Assembly (NCBI RefSeq): GCF_002113885.1
Contig: NW_018480077.1
Span: 1,794,145 to 1,858,144, forward strand
Length of the DNA: 64,000 nucleotides
Direction: 5' to 3'
From: Mizuhopecten yessoensis
Lineage: Eukaryota
Shown: piece by piece, positions 50,401 through 63,453 of the stretch
How positions within the stretch are numbered: position 1 is the first letter of the stretch
Layout of the letters: every line of letters begins with the position of its first letter
The notes under the pieces: generated by a model
What the model was told of the DNA's origin: nothing
Seen by the model: the letters and a program-made list of their open reading frames with translations, nothing else
Database searches by the model: none
Made by a program: the position numbers and the translations under genes

Positions 50401-53400
50401 TGCAGGTTCGGGCACCATTCCACTGCATGTTGTATGTGGCTATCAATGAAGTGCTCTCAGCAGAATCGAAGGTTTTCTTCAATGTCTTCTGCTCAAGGGA
50501 TATTAAATAAAACTTAAATTGATCTGCTGCCCAATTGCAACATTTGGGATCGCAGTGTTTTTCTTTTCTTACTTTCCTAGGCCTTTTTTGCGATGTCTCC
50601 CTAGACACCCGTCATCATATGACCAAACAAACACACAAACAAACCAACATTACACAATGGCCTACTACGACTAACATAACTATGTTGCACATATTCTATC
50701 ATCCTTAACATCTTAAAGCAACACATACATACATGCATGCATGCATACCATATATACACAAACAGGCGCACATTTTCACAGACACAATCCATACATAAAT
50801 ATAAACTTATTTGACTTAAACACACAAGGCTTATATAACCCATACTAATAGTTCTGAACAGCTGCAAAATACAGATCATGCGAGCATTAAGAATTAAAGA
50901 ATCCATATTGTTTTTAAGTTTATGTCATTTATCTTGTTGTCTTTAAACATAATTTAATTAGATTATTAAAGTTCATGCACATTTATAATAAGATGACATG
51001 TGCTATTCGATAAAACCTTTCAGTGTTTAATTACCTTGGGGCGACGACTCCTTTCCAATAAAACTACTGATCTTTAGTTTTTCCGGTTCACTTTCCCCAT
51101 CACTACCCCAGTCAGAATCGGAATTAAAACTGTGCAACTCTAGCAATTCCTCTTTTGTAGCAGGTTTTTCCTCACTAGATTGATGGTCTTTTTGTATTCC
51201 ATCTGTATGATCCATAGCTGACCCATGGTCACCAATTGACAACGGAACAATCGGAAATACTTGCTTCTCAATTTCGGATGCAGCAAAGTTTGCTATCTGT
51301 TTTCCCTGACCATCGTGTGATATCGACACATCTGTCAACAAATAAATAGTAGTCACTAAAGGTATCACCCTCATGACAATGAATTTAGACAGATGTCAAT
51401 TATATATTAATGGTTAATGAAAAAGGTATGTGATTTACCTTCTATAGACGGTTGGTCTTCCAAAAGGTCGCTGTCACTATCCCAGTTCGAGTCGGAACTC
51501 TGATGTGGTTTTTCTCTTGGTGTATTATCTCTAATACATGTCCTCTGCTCTGGTGATTTGTGTTCAATTAACATATTGGAAAGGGACCCAGTAGTATTTC
51601 TATGGTCAGAAATATCATTGTTCAACACAAGGTTGTGTTTCTCTTCAGTAACGCTTAGAATATCAGCTGATTCTTTCATTCTGTGATCTATAGGAAGTTA
51701 AAATTATTACACTTAAATTTTGTTAGTTGTATTCATCTTGTGATTGATTACAAATCATGAAACATACATAAAAGTAAAAAATGAAACATGTGCTTTACTG
51801 AGCCCGATTTTCGATGTTTAAAGAATTCATTGTCCAAGAACAAATATATAAGTCAACATGCAAGTCTAAAATAGACTTCAATCAATATCCGGTAATATAA
51901 AACATGATTGTAATTTCATATGAGATGAAGATAAAGTCACTTTGCAAAATATGAAATTATTAATTATTAAACCGAGATTCCTGTTTGTAGTTTCAGGTAT
52001 ATAATGGTTGTGACAATCAAGGGATACATATCATCATCAATAGTAGGATAGCTCACAACTTATTCGTCTACGATAAAATGTCAAGTTTGACAAAAACGCA
52101 GTACTCATATTCCTCAAATTAAGATGGTATCGTTTGCCCTCAGTCTTTGAAAGACAAGGAGACATTTTCTTCAGGAAAGAATACTATGTACATCAGCCAT
52201 TAACGTTATTAACAGTGAACCATAAAGCTAATAGGTTAGGAGACGTGTGACAGACCAATTAGTAACAACTCATTTTACCCTCTAAGAAAGCCTCTTTCGC
52301 CTTCATGTTGTCTGAATCATCGTTGTCACTATCCCAGCCCGACACAGGTGTGGAGTTAGGACATTGTACAGGTAGTGATCCAAATATCTCACTCTGTTCT
52401 GGTGACTTGTGACTCGTTGCTAAACTCAGTTTCTGAGCATCTAACTCGTTGCATTTCACAGTTGATGCCACCGTTTTCCTAGGCGATATATCTGCATTGC
52501 CATCGCAAAACGATTTCTGATTAGCTACAAAATTCAAGTAATCTGAATATCAAACATTATGGAACCCTATAGTTTGCAATAATATATTATTTATCCTGAC
52601 ATATTTAATTACAATTTTAATTTCAGATATTCAAGTTCCTTTCAACCCTTTTTGCATATCTATTAGTTATAAGATGACATCGATTTTAGTTGGATTTTTT
52701 TTTTTTTTTTTTAAAGAAATCTTCGAAAAAATGTTACATCGAACTTCCAGGATTACAATATAAAAACCTTATGACTGATAAGTATTTGTCTATTACCGTG
52801 TTGCGTTGAATCCTTTTCAATATAAATACTGCTCTTTGGTTTTTCGGTTTCACTTTCTCCGTCACTATCCCAGTCAGAATCGAAATCAATCTTTTGAACC
52901 ATATCTAGCAATTCATCACTGAATTGAGGATCTTTGTGCATTCTATCGATGTGATCAACAGATGAACCCTGGTCAGCATTCACAATTGCCAACGGAACAA
53001 CTGGAAGGGCTTTCTCCTCGATATCGGTCACAACCAATTTTGCTAGCTGATGTCTCTGATCATCGTGTGACATCGACTTATCTGTAAGAAACGACAAGTG
53101 TCTAGTCATTTCTTGAAAAAATATTATTTCTTTACTTATTAAAATATCACCTGTTTTGAGTATCAGATATTGTGTCGATCTGTAACCTAAATCAAAACAC
53201 TTGAAGAATATTTGTATCTGGTATCCAATATAGCAAATTACCTTGTGCTGATGGTTGATCTCCTGAAGGGTCGCTGTCACTATCCCAGTTCGAGTCGGAA
53301 CTCTGCTGTGGTTCTTTTCTTGGTGTCTTTCCTCTAACAAGTGTCTTCACCTCTGATGATTTGAGTTCAATTAGGGAACCAGTGATATTTCTGTGGTCAG

Positions 53401-56400
53401 AAGTATCATTGTTCGTCAGAGCGGGGTGTTTCTCTTTAGTAATGGTTAGGACAGTAGCTGATTCCTTCATTCTGTGATCTGCGAAAAGACAAATTATCAC
53501 AGTTAAGCTTTAATATAAAACCTTTATAAATTGAAACCTTAATTGAGCAGAAACATTATTATCGATATTTTGTCGATCTGTAACCTAAATCAAAGCACTT
53601 GAAGAATATTTGTATAGGGTATCCAAGATAGCAGATGTTTATTACCTTGTGCTGATGGTTGATCTCCTGAAGGGTCGCTGTCACTATCCCAGTTCGAGTC
53701 GGAACTCTGCTGTGGTTCTTTTCTTGGTGTCTTTCCTCTAACAAGTGTCTTCACCTCTGATGATTTGAGTTCAATTAGGGAACCAGTGATATTTCTGTGG
53801 TCAGAAGTATCATTGTTCGTCAGAGCAGGGTGTTTCTCTTTAGAAATGGTTAGGATAGTAGCTGATTCCTTCATTTTGTGATCTGCAAAAAGACAAATTA
53901 TCACAGTTAAGCTTTAATATTAAACCTTTATAAATTGAAACCTTAATTGAGCAGAAACATTATTATCGATATTGTGTCGATCTGTAACCTAAATCAAAGC
54001 ACTTGAAGAATATTTGTATCTGGTATCCAAGATAGCAGTTGTAAATTACCTTGTGCTGATGGTTGATCTCCTGAAGGGTCGCTGTCACTATCCCAGTTCG
54101 AGTCGGAACTCTGTTGTGGTTCTTTTCTTGGTGTCTTTCCGTTAACAAGTGTCTTTACCTCTGATGATTTGAGTTCAATTAGGGAACCAGTGATAATTCT
54201 GGGGTCAGAAGTAGCATTGTTCGTCAGAGCGGGGTGTTTCTCTTTAGTAACGGTTAGGACAGTAGCTGATTCCTTCATTCTGTGATCTGCAAAAAGACAA
54301 ATTATCACAGTAAAGCTTTAATATTTAACCTTTATAAATTGAACCCTTAATTAAGCAGAAACATTATTATCGAAATTTTGTCGATCTGTAACATAAATCA
54401 AAGCACTTGAAGAATATTTGTATAGGGTATCCAAGATAGCAGTTGTAAATTACCTTGTGCTGATGGTTGATCTCCTGAAGGGTCGCTGTCACTATCCCAG
54501 TTCGAGTCGGAACTCTGTTGTGGTTCTTTTCTTGGTGTCTTTCCTTTAACAAGTGTCTTTACCTCTGATGATTTGAGTTCAATTAGGGAACCAGTGATAA
54601 TTCTGGGGTCAGAAGTAGCATTGTTCGTCAGAGCGGGGTGTTTCTCTTTAGTAACGGTTAGGACAGTAGCTGATTCCTTCATTCTGTGATCTGCAAAAAG
54701 ACAAATTATCACAGTAAAGCTTTAATATTAAACCTTTATAAATTGAACCCTTTATTAAGCAGAAACATTATTATCGAAATTTTGTCGATCTGTAACATAA
54801 ATTAAAGCACTTGAAGAATATTTGTATAGGGTATCCAAGATAGCAGATGTTTATTACCTTGTGCTGATGCTTGATCTTCTGACGGGTCGCTGTCACTATC
54901 CCAGTTCGAGTCGGAACTCTGTTGTGGTTCTTTTCTTGGTGTCTTTTCTTTAACAAGTGTCTTCACCTCTGATGATTTGAGTTCAATTAGGGAACCAGTG
55001 ATATTTCTGTGGTCAGAAGTATCATTGTTCGTCAGAGCGGGGTGTTTCTCTTTAGTAATGGTAAGGATAGTAGCTGATTCCTTCACTCTGTGATCTGCAA
55101 AAAGACAAATTATCACGGTTAAGCTTTTATATTAAACCTTTATAAATTGAAACCTTAATTGAGCAGAAACATTATTTTTCTCAGAAACAATAAAAAAATA
55201 AAGGGTTACCTCATCTCAATTTCAAAGATTGTATAGTTTAAAGACAAAATGATTACCCAAGTCTATATTAGCCTGAAATTCCTGTTAGAAAATGTATGTA
55301 ATTAATTAAATTATATCAAATTACTTCACCCTAATAAGTTCACTATCCTATCTCTTACCCAGGAATTCATTATGAAAAGTTGCTTTACGCAGATCACTTA
55401 ATTAAAAAAAAATATAGTAAAGAGCGCATTAACCATGAAACAGAGTTCCGTCCCCTTTTTTGTCGTCCGATTCATCGGTGTCGCTACCCCAGTCCGACCC
55501 AGATGCAGTCTTCTGACCCTCTACAGTTAGTGTTCCGGCAACCCCACCAGGGTCGAGTCCGTGATCAGATTTGTACCCATTCAATGCGACACTGGGTTTT
55601 CTAACATCTAGCTCATGGTAGTTCACTGTTGGTATTGATGGTACCATAAGGGATGTTTCCTGATTATTATTCCGCAAAAATATTTCTGCAAAATGCAAGA
55701 AACCTGCCTTTCATATATGACATAATCAAAATATTCGCTAGACATGCGAAGTGAGGGAGCACCTATCGTTATACAAGGCAAAATGGTAGAAATAAATATC
55801 GTAGGTGTTCCTAGAGATACTCTGAAGTAAAATGCTGCAGGATGTAGAAAATGCTTTACAATGGGTACAGCAGATCAATTATAGATTCTAGTCCTCTGAG
55901 CAGACGACAAAGAAGAACGCCCTCAACATTAAAGATGTCCATCATTAGTTGCCTCATACGATCATGCAGTGATATACACCAGGTGAATTATTTCCTCGGC
56001 ACCTGCATGGGATAGGCTGACTATACCATGACTAAGAAAGCTTAACTGTGAAAATGTAATTGTAACTTTGTCATTGAAGTCGTTCAATAAATCAATATGT
56101 GTATACCTTGCACTGTCGTCTCCCTTTCATTGCATGCAATGCTCTCTGGTTTCTTTGATTCACTGTCTTCACTATCCCAGTCCGAACTGGACGCAACATC
56201 CTGTGCATCTTCTGGTGCCTCTTTTGCAGCAGGCGTGTTGGGACAGTCCTTCTTCTCAGCCTCGCACACAACGATTCTTGCAGACTGCTTTCTTTGATCG
56301 TCTTGTGGCATCAATATATCTTAATGCAATTAGACGGAAATTGTAAATATGCAACGAAAAAAAGGAAACGCAATATTAAGAGCTATATTTGGGCAATTAC

Positions 56401-59400
56401 TCACGGAATTATTTTTAATATCATTAATGATATAAACTTTATTTATTTTTCAACAATTATGAAACAAGTTATTTCAACTTATATTAGTCACTCTTGTAGG
56501 CCCGGATGTAAGCGCGTGGGGGTCTTAGTGTGGGAAGAAACTAGTGTACAACGCAATATCAATCTACGGCAATACATTGTTTTATTTATTGTCATATATA
56601 TTCATTTAAAACTTGTTCAACAATACAAAATGATGATGTAAGCTGCATATATTTAACTTCAACGTTGGAGTATAGTATATCAACAAAATAAAAGAACAAT
56701 TTACCTGTTAATGATAGATTACGTTTAATGACTGCAGTCCTCTTTTCGTTCTGTAAAGAGCTACTGTCACTACCCCAGTCAGAATCAGACGCTGATGTGT
56801 GTCCCTTCACCAAGCCTGTATTGAGTTCTTCAAGCGTTTGCTGCTCATTGTTGCGGGCAGGTGCATTCAATTCTGGCTTTGGGTTTTCTGCATTTTGCGC
56901 ATTGTCTTGGACTGTATCCTTTACTTGCGTTTCTATTTTGGTATCACGATATATTTTCCAATTAGGTACAAAGTCATATGTACTTATAAGCACATCAGTA
57001 ATCAACTATGAATTACTTAGAAGCAATATCGAATTACTTTGTACAGTAAAAAGTATACACGCGGAAGTTTTCGATCCAATAGAAATGGCCACACCGTATA
57101 CAATAACCTACATAAAATAAGCAAGTGGCACGTGCTACATGAATTCTTAACAAAACTGAATAAAGTGTAGTTTGTAAAAAAATAATTGTAGTTAATCAAT
57201 TAACATAATTTTAAACCCATTTAAGGATGTTTTTTCTCCACGATGTACTTACTCATGTTACCTCCTAGATCTCTTGAAACCTCGCTTTCACTGTCCCAGT
57301 CAGAATCGTGTGATCCACTCTTGACCTCAACTAGTCCTGTTCCCTCCATTTGTAATTCATTCAGTCCCAGAGTCATGCTGCAGGTACCTAAAGATACATG
57401 CTGCTTAACATGAAGCTCAAGCTATGAAAATAAGGCGTTTGATAGGTGTTTTACATGGTTTATGGCTTGATGGAATATCTTCGAATTCAGGTGTGAAGAA
57501 CTGGACATCGGTATGCAGAGTACGGACAATTTTATAGAATTTAGGAATCCTTGAGATATACCCAGTTATCAAATCTGTACATCTAAAACTACATAGAATA
57601 AAGCTACATAATATGGATGAACGTAAAATGTTACCTTGTACTGGCGATAATTTTCCATTGGTTACATTAGTTTTCGATTTCTCTGGTTCGCTGTCTCCAT
57701 CGCTATCCCAGTCGGAACCAGACGTAAGATTTCCTACGATATCTAACACGTCATCCTTTTCAGATGGTTTGTTTTTTGAAGATTTGATAGCAAGTGCCTG
57801 ATCATGGTCGGAAAGTTCAGTGACCAAAGGAGTAATGGATCCTGAGGTTCTCTTGGTGATGTCTGGGTTGGAGATTGATTCCGATCTTTTGTGGTGATCA
57901 TGAAGCATGAGGATATCTGTAAGAAACGTTGTAATAAAAGGTGTCACTAAAATAATTTCTATTGAAAAAATGATGCCATCTAAAACTCAATGAAGATATG
58001 ATGTCAACGTAGTTACGACACATCGGTCCTTATTTATGTCGGTGAAAACCTCAATCACAGTGGTGCTAACACATTTTTCCATAGCGAGTATGAAGATCAA
58101 ACGTTACCTTCTACATCCTTCCTTGATCCTTCATAATCATCGCTGTCTTTATCCCAGTCAGGGTAGGATGTCTTGTTCTCCAATTCCTTTTTAATCTTTG
58201 TATCACAATCTGCAAGTAATATATTTCGTACATGTAGACAATCAGTGTATGAGGAAAACATATTCGATCACTGTTGTGAGAGAAATTTAACCCCCGGGAT
58301 AGGGTTTTCGTTTTCAGGACTAGACAAATGTTTGCTCTGGCCTTACAGAACTATTTTCCTCAGGTCGCGATTTCCTTGTCTACACCACAAATCGGTGGTG
58401 ATATATTGCATTGACCTTATTCTCATGAATTGAAGTATATATATTCTTTGATGTACTACTTAGTTGAATCATAACTGATTTTATTTCAATAAATTTTTAA
58501 TATTATATGTATATCTATGTTGTGGAATGATTTTTCCGTTTCACGTACAGTGTACCGTACCAAAATAATAATACTTTGTAATTGTAGACGGTGCTACTAC
58601 ACTGTTAAAGTTCCAAACTGAATTGACATGCTATTTCGTTCTTAGCCATACAGTACATACCCGGGACAACACGTTTGTTCGTGGTAACGGACTTTTTCTT
58701 GTCATCACTCCAATCTATACACGAACTGTCGGACTCTGAGACATGGAACCTGGTTACTTCAGTCATCTCGACTTCTCTGACTGGGAAACCATCAGGAATG
58801 TCAGTCACTGGGAACCAAAAGCTGTCTTCATTCTTTTGATCAGCAAATGGAGACACGTTTGTTCCTGTAACAATGTGTAAAACAGACATACGTTTTCATT
58901 TTTGTATTTCTGAAGTTTTTGACGTAGTAAGTTAGTCAACACTCCTGGGGTCTTATTGTAACAGGTATATAGGTTAACAGTAATGGATGAGAGATAGAGG
59001 AAATCATATTAATATCTTCACATCTCTGATATATCAGACTTTCATTTACAGTGACATGGATACCTTTCGCAGAGGCCTCCGGATTTCCGTTGATTATCCA
59101 GGCGGACGTCTTGCTGCTGGTGCATTCATCTGTATCTGTTCCCCAGCAAACAGAGTCCTCCTTCATCGTTGTTTCAGCGATGACGGAATGTGGTTTTGAG
59201 TCCATCACACCACATTTGGTTATATTTCTGTACTTTGCCTGAGGACCGGAATCATACTCGTTGTTCACTGGTTCTAATTCTTCGAGAGAACCACCTTAAA
59301 ATAAATAAATAATTATAGCTTATAATGTAATTAAATTAGTAAGAATGATACTCTGTCACGTTTTCATGCACATGTAACTTCTGATATTGCAAGGTAATGT

Positions 59401-62400
59401 GTTATTTATAGTCATAGTACAAACAAAAATGTAGTTTCTAATGGGAATTCAGGTGAATTGTGTGTTCTTTAAATTGTTTTTCAATAGACAAAAACTAAAT
59501 TTCACAGCATGATTTCCAATCAAATATTTTTTTATTTTTTTTTTATCATTAACCGTCCAGAAACATACCTTCTGCAGAAACATCATCTGCTTGAAAAATT
59601 GTCCCATTGCCTACTTCTGTGGTTAGTGCATGGCAATCTGCTTCCTCGTCTGTCACAGAAACGATGTCCATGTCCGATACGTGCCTAGGCAATGTTTGCC
59701 GATCTGATTTTTCGCCAGTTACAGACTCAATGTCTCTGTTATATTCTTGTGCACAAAGTTCACTGCGACCTGTCTCCTCGTCTGTTACAGATTCGATGTA
59801 CCCGTTACATGCTTGTGTACCATGAGCATGGCAATCTGTCTTCTCTTCTCTTTCAAGGCCGATGTTTCCGTTATATACTTGTGTACAAAGTGCATGGCAA
59901 TCTGTCTTCTCGTCTGTTTCAGACTCGATGTTTCCATTACATACTTGTGCACAAAGTTCACTGCGACCTGTCTCCTCGTCTGTTACAGACTCGATGTACC
60001 CGTTACATGCTTGTGTACCATGAGCATGGCAATCTGTCTTATCGTCTGTTTCAGACTCGATGTTTCCATTACATACTTGTGCACAAAGTGCACTGCGATC
60101 TGTCTCCTCGTCTGTTTCAGACTCGATGTTTCCGTTACATACTTTTGTATCTAGTGTGCGACAATATGTCTCCTCTTCTGCTACAGACTTGATGTTTCCG
60201 TCACATACTTGTGCACAAAGCGCACTGTGATCTGCCTCCTCGTCTGTTTCAGACTCAATGTTTCTGTCCCAACCTTTTGTACCATGTGCGCGGGAATCTG
60301 TCTCCTCGTCCGTTACAGAATCGATTTTGACATCACCTACATAAGTTTTCAATGTACGACAATCTGGCTCGTCCTCTGATACTGAATCAATGTCCATGTC
60401 GCATTCCCCGGTGGACGGTACCTGGCAAGCTGGCTTCTCGTCTGTTACAGAAACGATATCCACATCACAGTCTTGGGTCGACATTGCATAAACATCTGGC
60501 TCTTGGTCCTCGTCATTGACGATATCTCCTTTATGGACATCAGACTCATCACAAGTTAAAGACTGAGTGTCACTGTCACATTCTAGTGTGGACGTAGCAT
60601 GGCTGTCTGGCTCTTTGTCAGACAGTACGCTGTCCTCGCAAATACCTCTCCATTCTCGAGCCATACTCAATGACAGACTGTTATTGTACTTCACTTCATC
60701 CACTGACTTGCCTCCAGAGGTTGGTAACACGAATTTGAAGGGTGTGTCCAACTTCAGTGTTATTTCTTGATTGGTGTATCTCTGGTCGTCATCCGATTCA
60801 TCTGTTACATATGCAACGATTCCGGATGTCATTTACAATACCGAATAAATATATAAACATATATGCATGTCATGTACCGCAAAACTGGAAATTTTCGTGA
60901 AGTGAATATGCTCCGGTCTTTCGCGCTGATTAAATTATCAGATTAGATTTAGATTAAAGTTAGAATAGCGCATAACGAATTTAAGAATCGTTTCCACACA
61001 AATATTTCCACAGCGCAAGGAATCACACCGCAAACATTTCCACTCGCGACAATTTCCTCTTTTATAGTGTTTTATAGTATTACTGAATGTGCTCAGTATA
61101 TATGTATGTTTATCTTGATTTTCCTTCCACACAATTTTCTCAATAAATCCTAGTGAATCTCCGTTGTAATGAACAGAAAATATTTAAAAGATATAAGAGA
61201 AGGTAGGAGAAAGTGTGCCTCACGTTTTAGTCACATTAACAGATAAATCCTTTCGAAACCTCTTAATCTTATAAAATAATGAAGACCCTCTCCTATCCTA
61301 CTTCAACCAACCTTTCTGAGCACTCAGTTGCTACGATACCATACTCATTGCCACTGTAATACTATCTGAATATTTAGTTTTAAATATTACCGCGCGATTC
61401 TTTATATTTACTGCTCCAAACTGTTGCAACATGGGATTCTACGTGATGTTATATTTTAGTATTTCTCAAACCTTACCTCCCATTGGTTGAAACTCCTCAT
61501 TAGTTGCCCCGCTTTTTCTAGGCACGTCTTCAGCAACATCATACCCAACAACATTACCGGAGAGGCTGCGAGTTGGACGGACAATCAGTAACATACACCC
61601 ACCATCAGTTTGATCCCTGCACGAATTGGTGTCGGTGTCTTCAGAACTTGGCAGTCGCGATCTTTCCTCGTGTAGCCGTTCTTGAGGTTTTCTGATTGGC
61701 TCATCAATGTGTTGAAAGTTCCTTACTGCGTAATTCCCATACTTTCTTTGCTGATCCGTGTGTTCTCCTGTATATTCTGATCGGCAAGTGTCAGCTGAGG
61801 ATATCTGACTATGAAAGTCGTCGTGTTTTGGTTCACTTCCGAGCTGCCTGTGCTCCGTGTTCCTCAATAGCTGCTTACAAAATTTATCCTGATTGCTACT
61901 ATACACTGGCTTGGGTGTGCTAATGCAAATTGGTTTAGGTGTGCTACAATAAATTGGTTTTGGTACTTTGGTCTGGTTTCGTTGAGAATCCCTTGTCAAG
62001 CTGTTGTGACGACCGATCTCTAAATTCTTACTGTCGGAATGCCTCAGTGACGACTCCTGTCCTGCTTGCCTGCGCCGGACGGAAGCCTGATTTCTGACCG
62101 AAGAACGATTGGCACTGTTCTTTGTAATTTCACTTGTACGCCGTTCTTTTGTTTTGTGATATTCAGCAATGATTCTCTTTGCCTCGGCTTCAAACGTGTT
62201 TACTTGGTCCACACTGGTCATGGTTGTGTTGCCGTGTCTGGTAGCGGTTTTGGAAGCAGCATATTGGTCGACTGATTCCCTAGTTTCTGCCACAGCAATG
62301 TGCGAAGCAGCGTGGTGGTGAAATATTGGCCCAGTGTCTCTATGCTGGTGATGTTGAGGAAGAGAGTACTTCCTTATGACTTTTCTAACATCATTTTCCA

Positions 62401-62749
62401 ATTTGTCGACTCGATCAAAGATGTCTTTTGTGGAAATCGGATCTTTGCAGGGTCGGTGTTTTCTACGATCGTGCGATTCCAAACGTTGTGACTGAGTTCT
62501 GCTGTATTCTCTAGCTGTAGAGTTCGTGAAACTGTTCCAATGGGCCGGTTTCGTTTTAACGGCATCAATGGTGTCACTCCAGCTTTGTTTGGTCTGCAGA
62601 AGCTTAAGTCTCATATTCATCAAGCGAAGTCTATTAACTTCCTCAAGGATATCAGCATGACCGTTGAAATCTTCCTTTACATTGAGTTGCGAGGCAAGAC
62701 CATAGTTTTCTTGTCTTAGTTGGTTGATCTCGTGAATTATATCTCCCAT
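41497..62749 (-). CDS. Giant low-complexity protein (~3,520 aa or more) with N-terminal coiled coil and exon-encoded W-acidic repeats; at least 33 exons
   Basis: Exons: 62767-61477, 60801-59569, 59294-59064, 58864-58661, 58209-58108, 57916-57635, 57387-57262, 56932-56705, 56319-56107, 55685-55434, 55094-54858, 54690-54454, 54286-54050, 53882-53646, 53478-53242, 53081-52797, 52524-52279, 51687-51439, 51331-51035, 50211-49963, 49771-49475, 49174-48932, 48602-48321, 48060-47368, 47247-47143, 46593-45976, 45814-45611, 45152-44742, 44133-43993, 43667-43527, 42960-42814, 42677-42522, 41966-41497. All GT-AG, all phase 1, open frames; AATAAA at about 41044-41060 on minus. The first exon has an acceptor and an open frame upstream of the ATG, so the true start may lie further 5'. 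Confidence 0.8.
41520..41915 (-). repeat. 54-bp/18-aa coding repeat x7 in the last exon (RKEIPRRGTRCSTTDAYH-like)
   Basis: RKDIP../RKEIP../RKETP../RREIP../RRETP../RTETP../RKEMP.. at mostly 18-aa spacing. Confidence 0.85.
46771..46980 (-). mobile_element. tRNA-derived SINE (same family as 38192/38640), intronic
   Basis: Minus-strand head gtggtcagatggcgcagtggatag...ggattcgatttcc; body ccatccgggccaacaag; tail aataaagtt. Confidence 0.7.
53155..55175 (-). repeat. Five tandem 404-bp exon+intron units
   Basis: Exon starts at 55094, 54690, 54286, 53882 and 53478 (exact 404-bp period); introns nearly identical. Confidence 0.97.
56440..56545 (-). mobile_element. 3' fragment of the same SINE family, intronic
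   Basis: Reverse complement of ttcttcccacactaagacccccacgcgcttacatccgggcctacaagagtgact. Confidence 0.65.
59610..60630 (-). repeat. 66-bp/22-aa coding repeat, ~15 copies (IESETDEETDRSALCAQVCNGN)
   Basis: actcgatg at 60055 and 60121 (period 66); the repeat is clear in the 427-aa ORF. Confidence 0.9.
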
Positions 62750-63300
62750 TTTGTCATTTCTGTTGTTCTGTGAACAAAAATAGCACTATTTATATGTAGG
62801 TACTTTAAATATATATATTCGTACACAAAATGAGTATTTGGAAACACTGTCGTTTCTGTCTTCATGTAAATAGTTAAGGTACGATTATTTTGTAGACCTG
62901 TATAAACATATGACGGGCAACAAAATGTCTACCTGGGGAAAGCTGTCGGCTAGAAATTAAACATGCGTTTTGATTTATACATGTATTAACTGCACGTTAC
63001 TAATGTGATCTAATAAAGCTGGGTGACCTGTAGAGGTGCACAATAACGATAACTCTGTTTCATTAAAAAAATATCTAGCGGTCTCTCTTTGGGTATAAAA
63101 TATTGAGTTCGTTTTCTATAATAGTCCTAATTACTAGAGCTGTAATATATAGTTTAACAAGAAAATCCATAAATTTGGGGTTTCCTGAAGCCCAAGAAAG
63201 CCCTCTAGATCCGCCACATATATACGTAGCATGACAGGGGTGGGGTGGGCGGAAGGGGGATTTCATACGGAAACCTGTGATTTAATGAAGGGGCGGGGTA

Positions 63301-63453
63301 TGTACAAAAATATATGTCACCCTGGTCAAATACTAGCCTTGGCTAGGGGGCGTTTCTCTATAGCTCATTCGGGAGAGCGTTTAAGTCTAGTAAACCAGGG
63401 GTCCAGGGTTCGCCTCCTAGCGGAAGCATTGAAAAATTATTTCATTTGTTACA
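63301..63453 (+). mobile_element. tRNA-like LTR (TG...CA) preceded by a polypurine tract; second tRNA-LTR TRIM family
   Basis: gaaggggcggggta|TGTAC...TGTTACA; internal A box tagctcattcgggagagc, ctagtaa loop, B box gggttcgcctcc. Confidence 0.55.

Noticed and set aside
41497-62749. Naming the giant gene ANKRD26/ANKRD36-like because of WDS motifs
   Set aside because: No ankyrin repeats or long C-terminal coiled coil are visible in the window; similarity is limited to a short motif.
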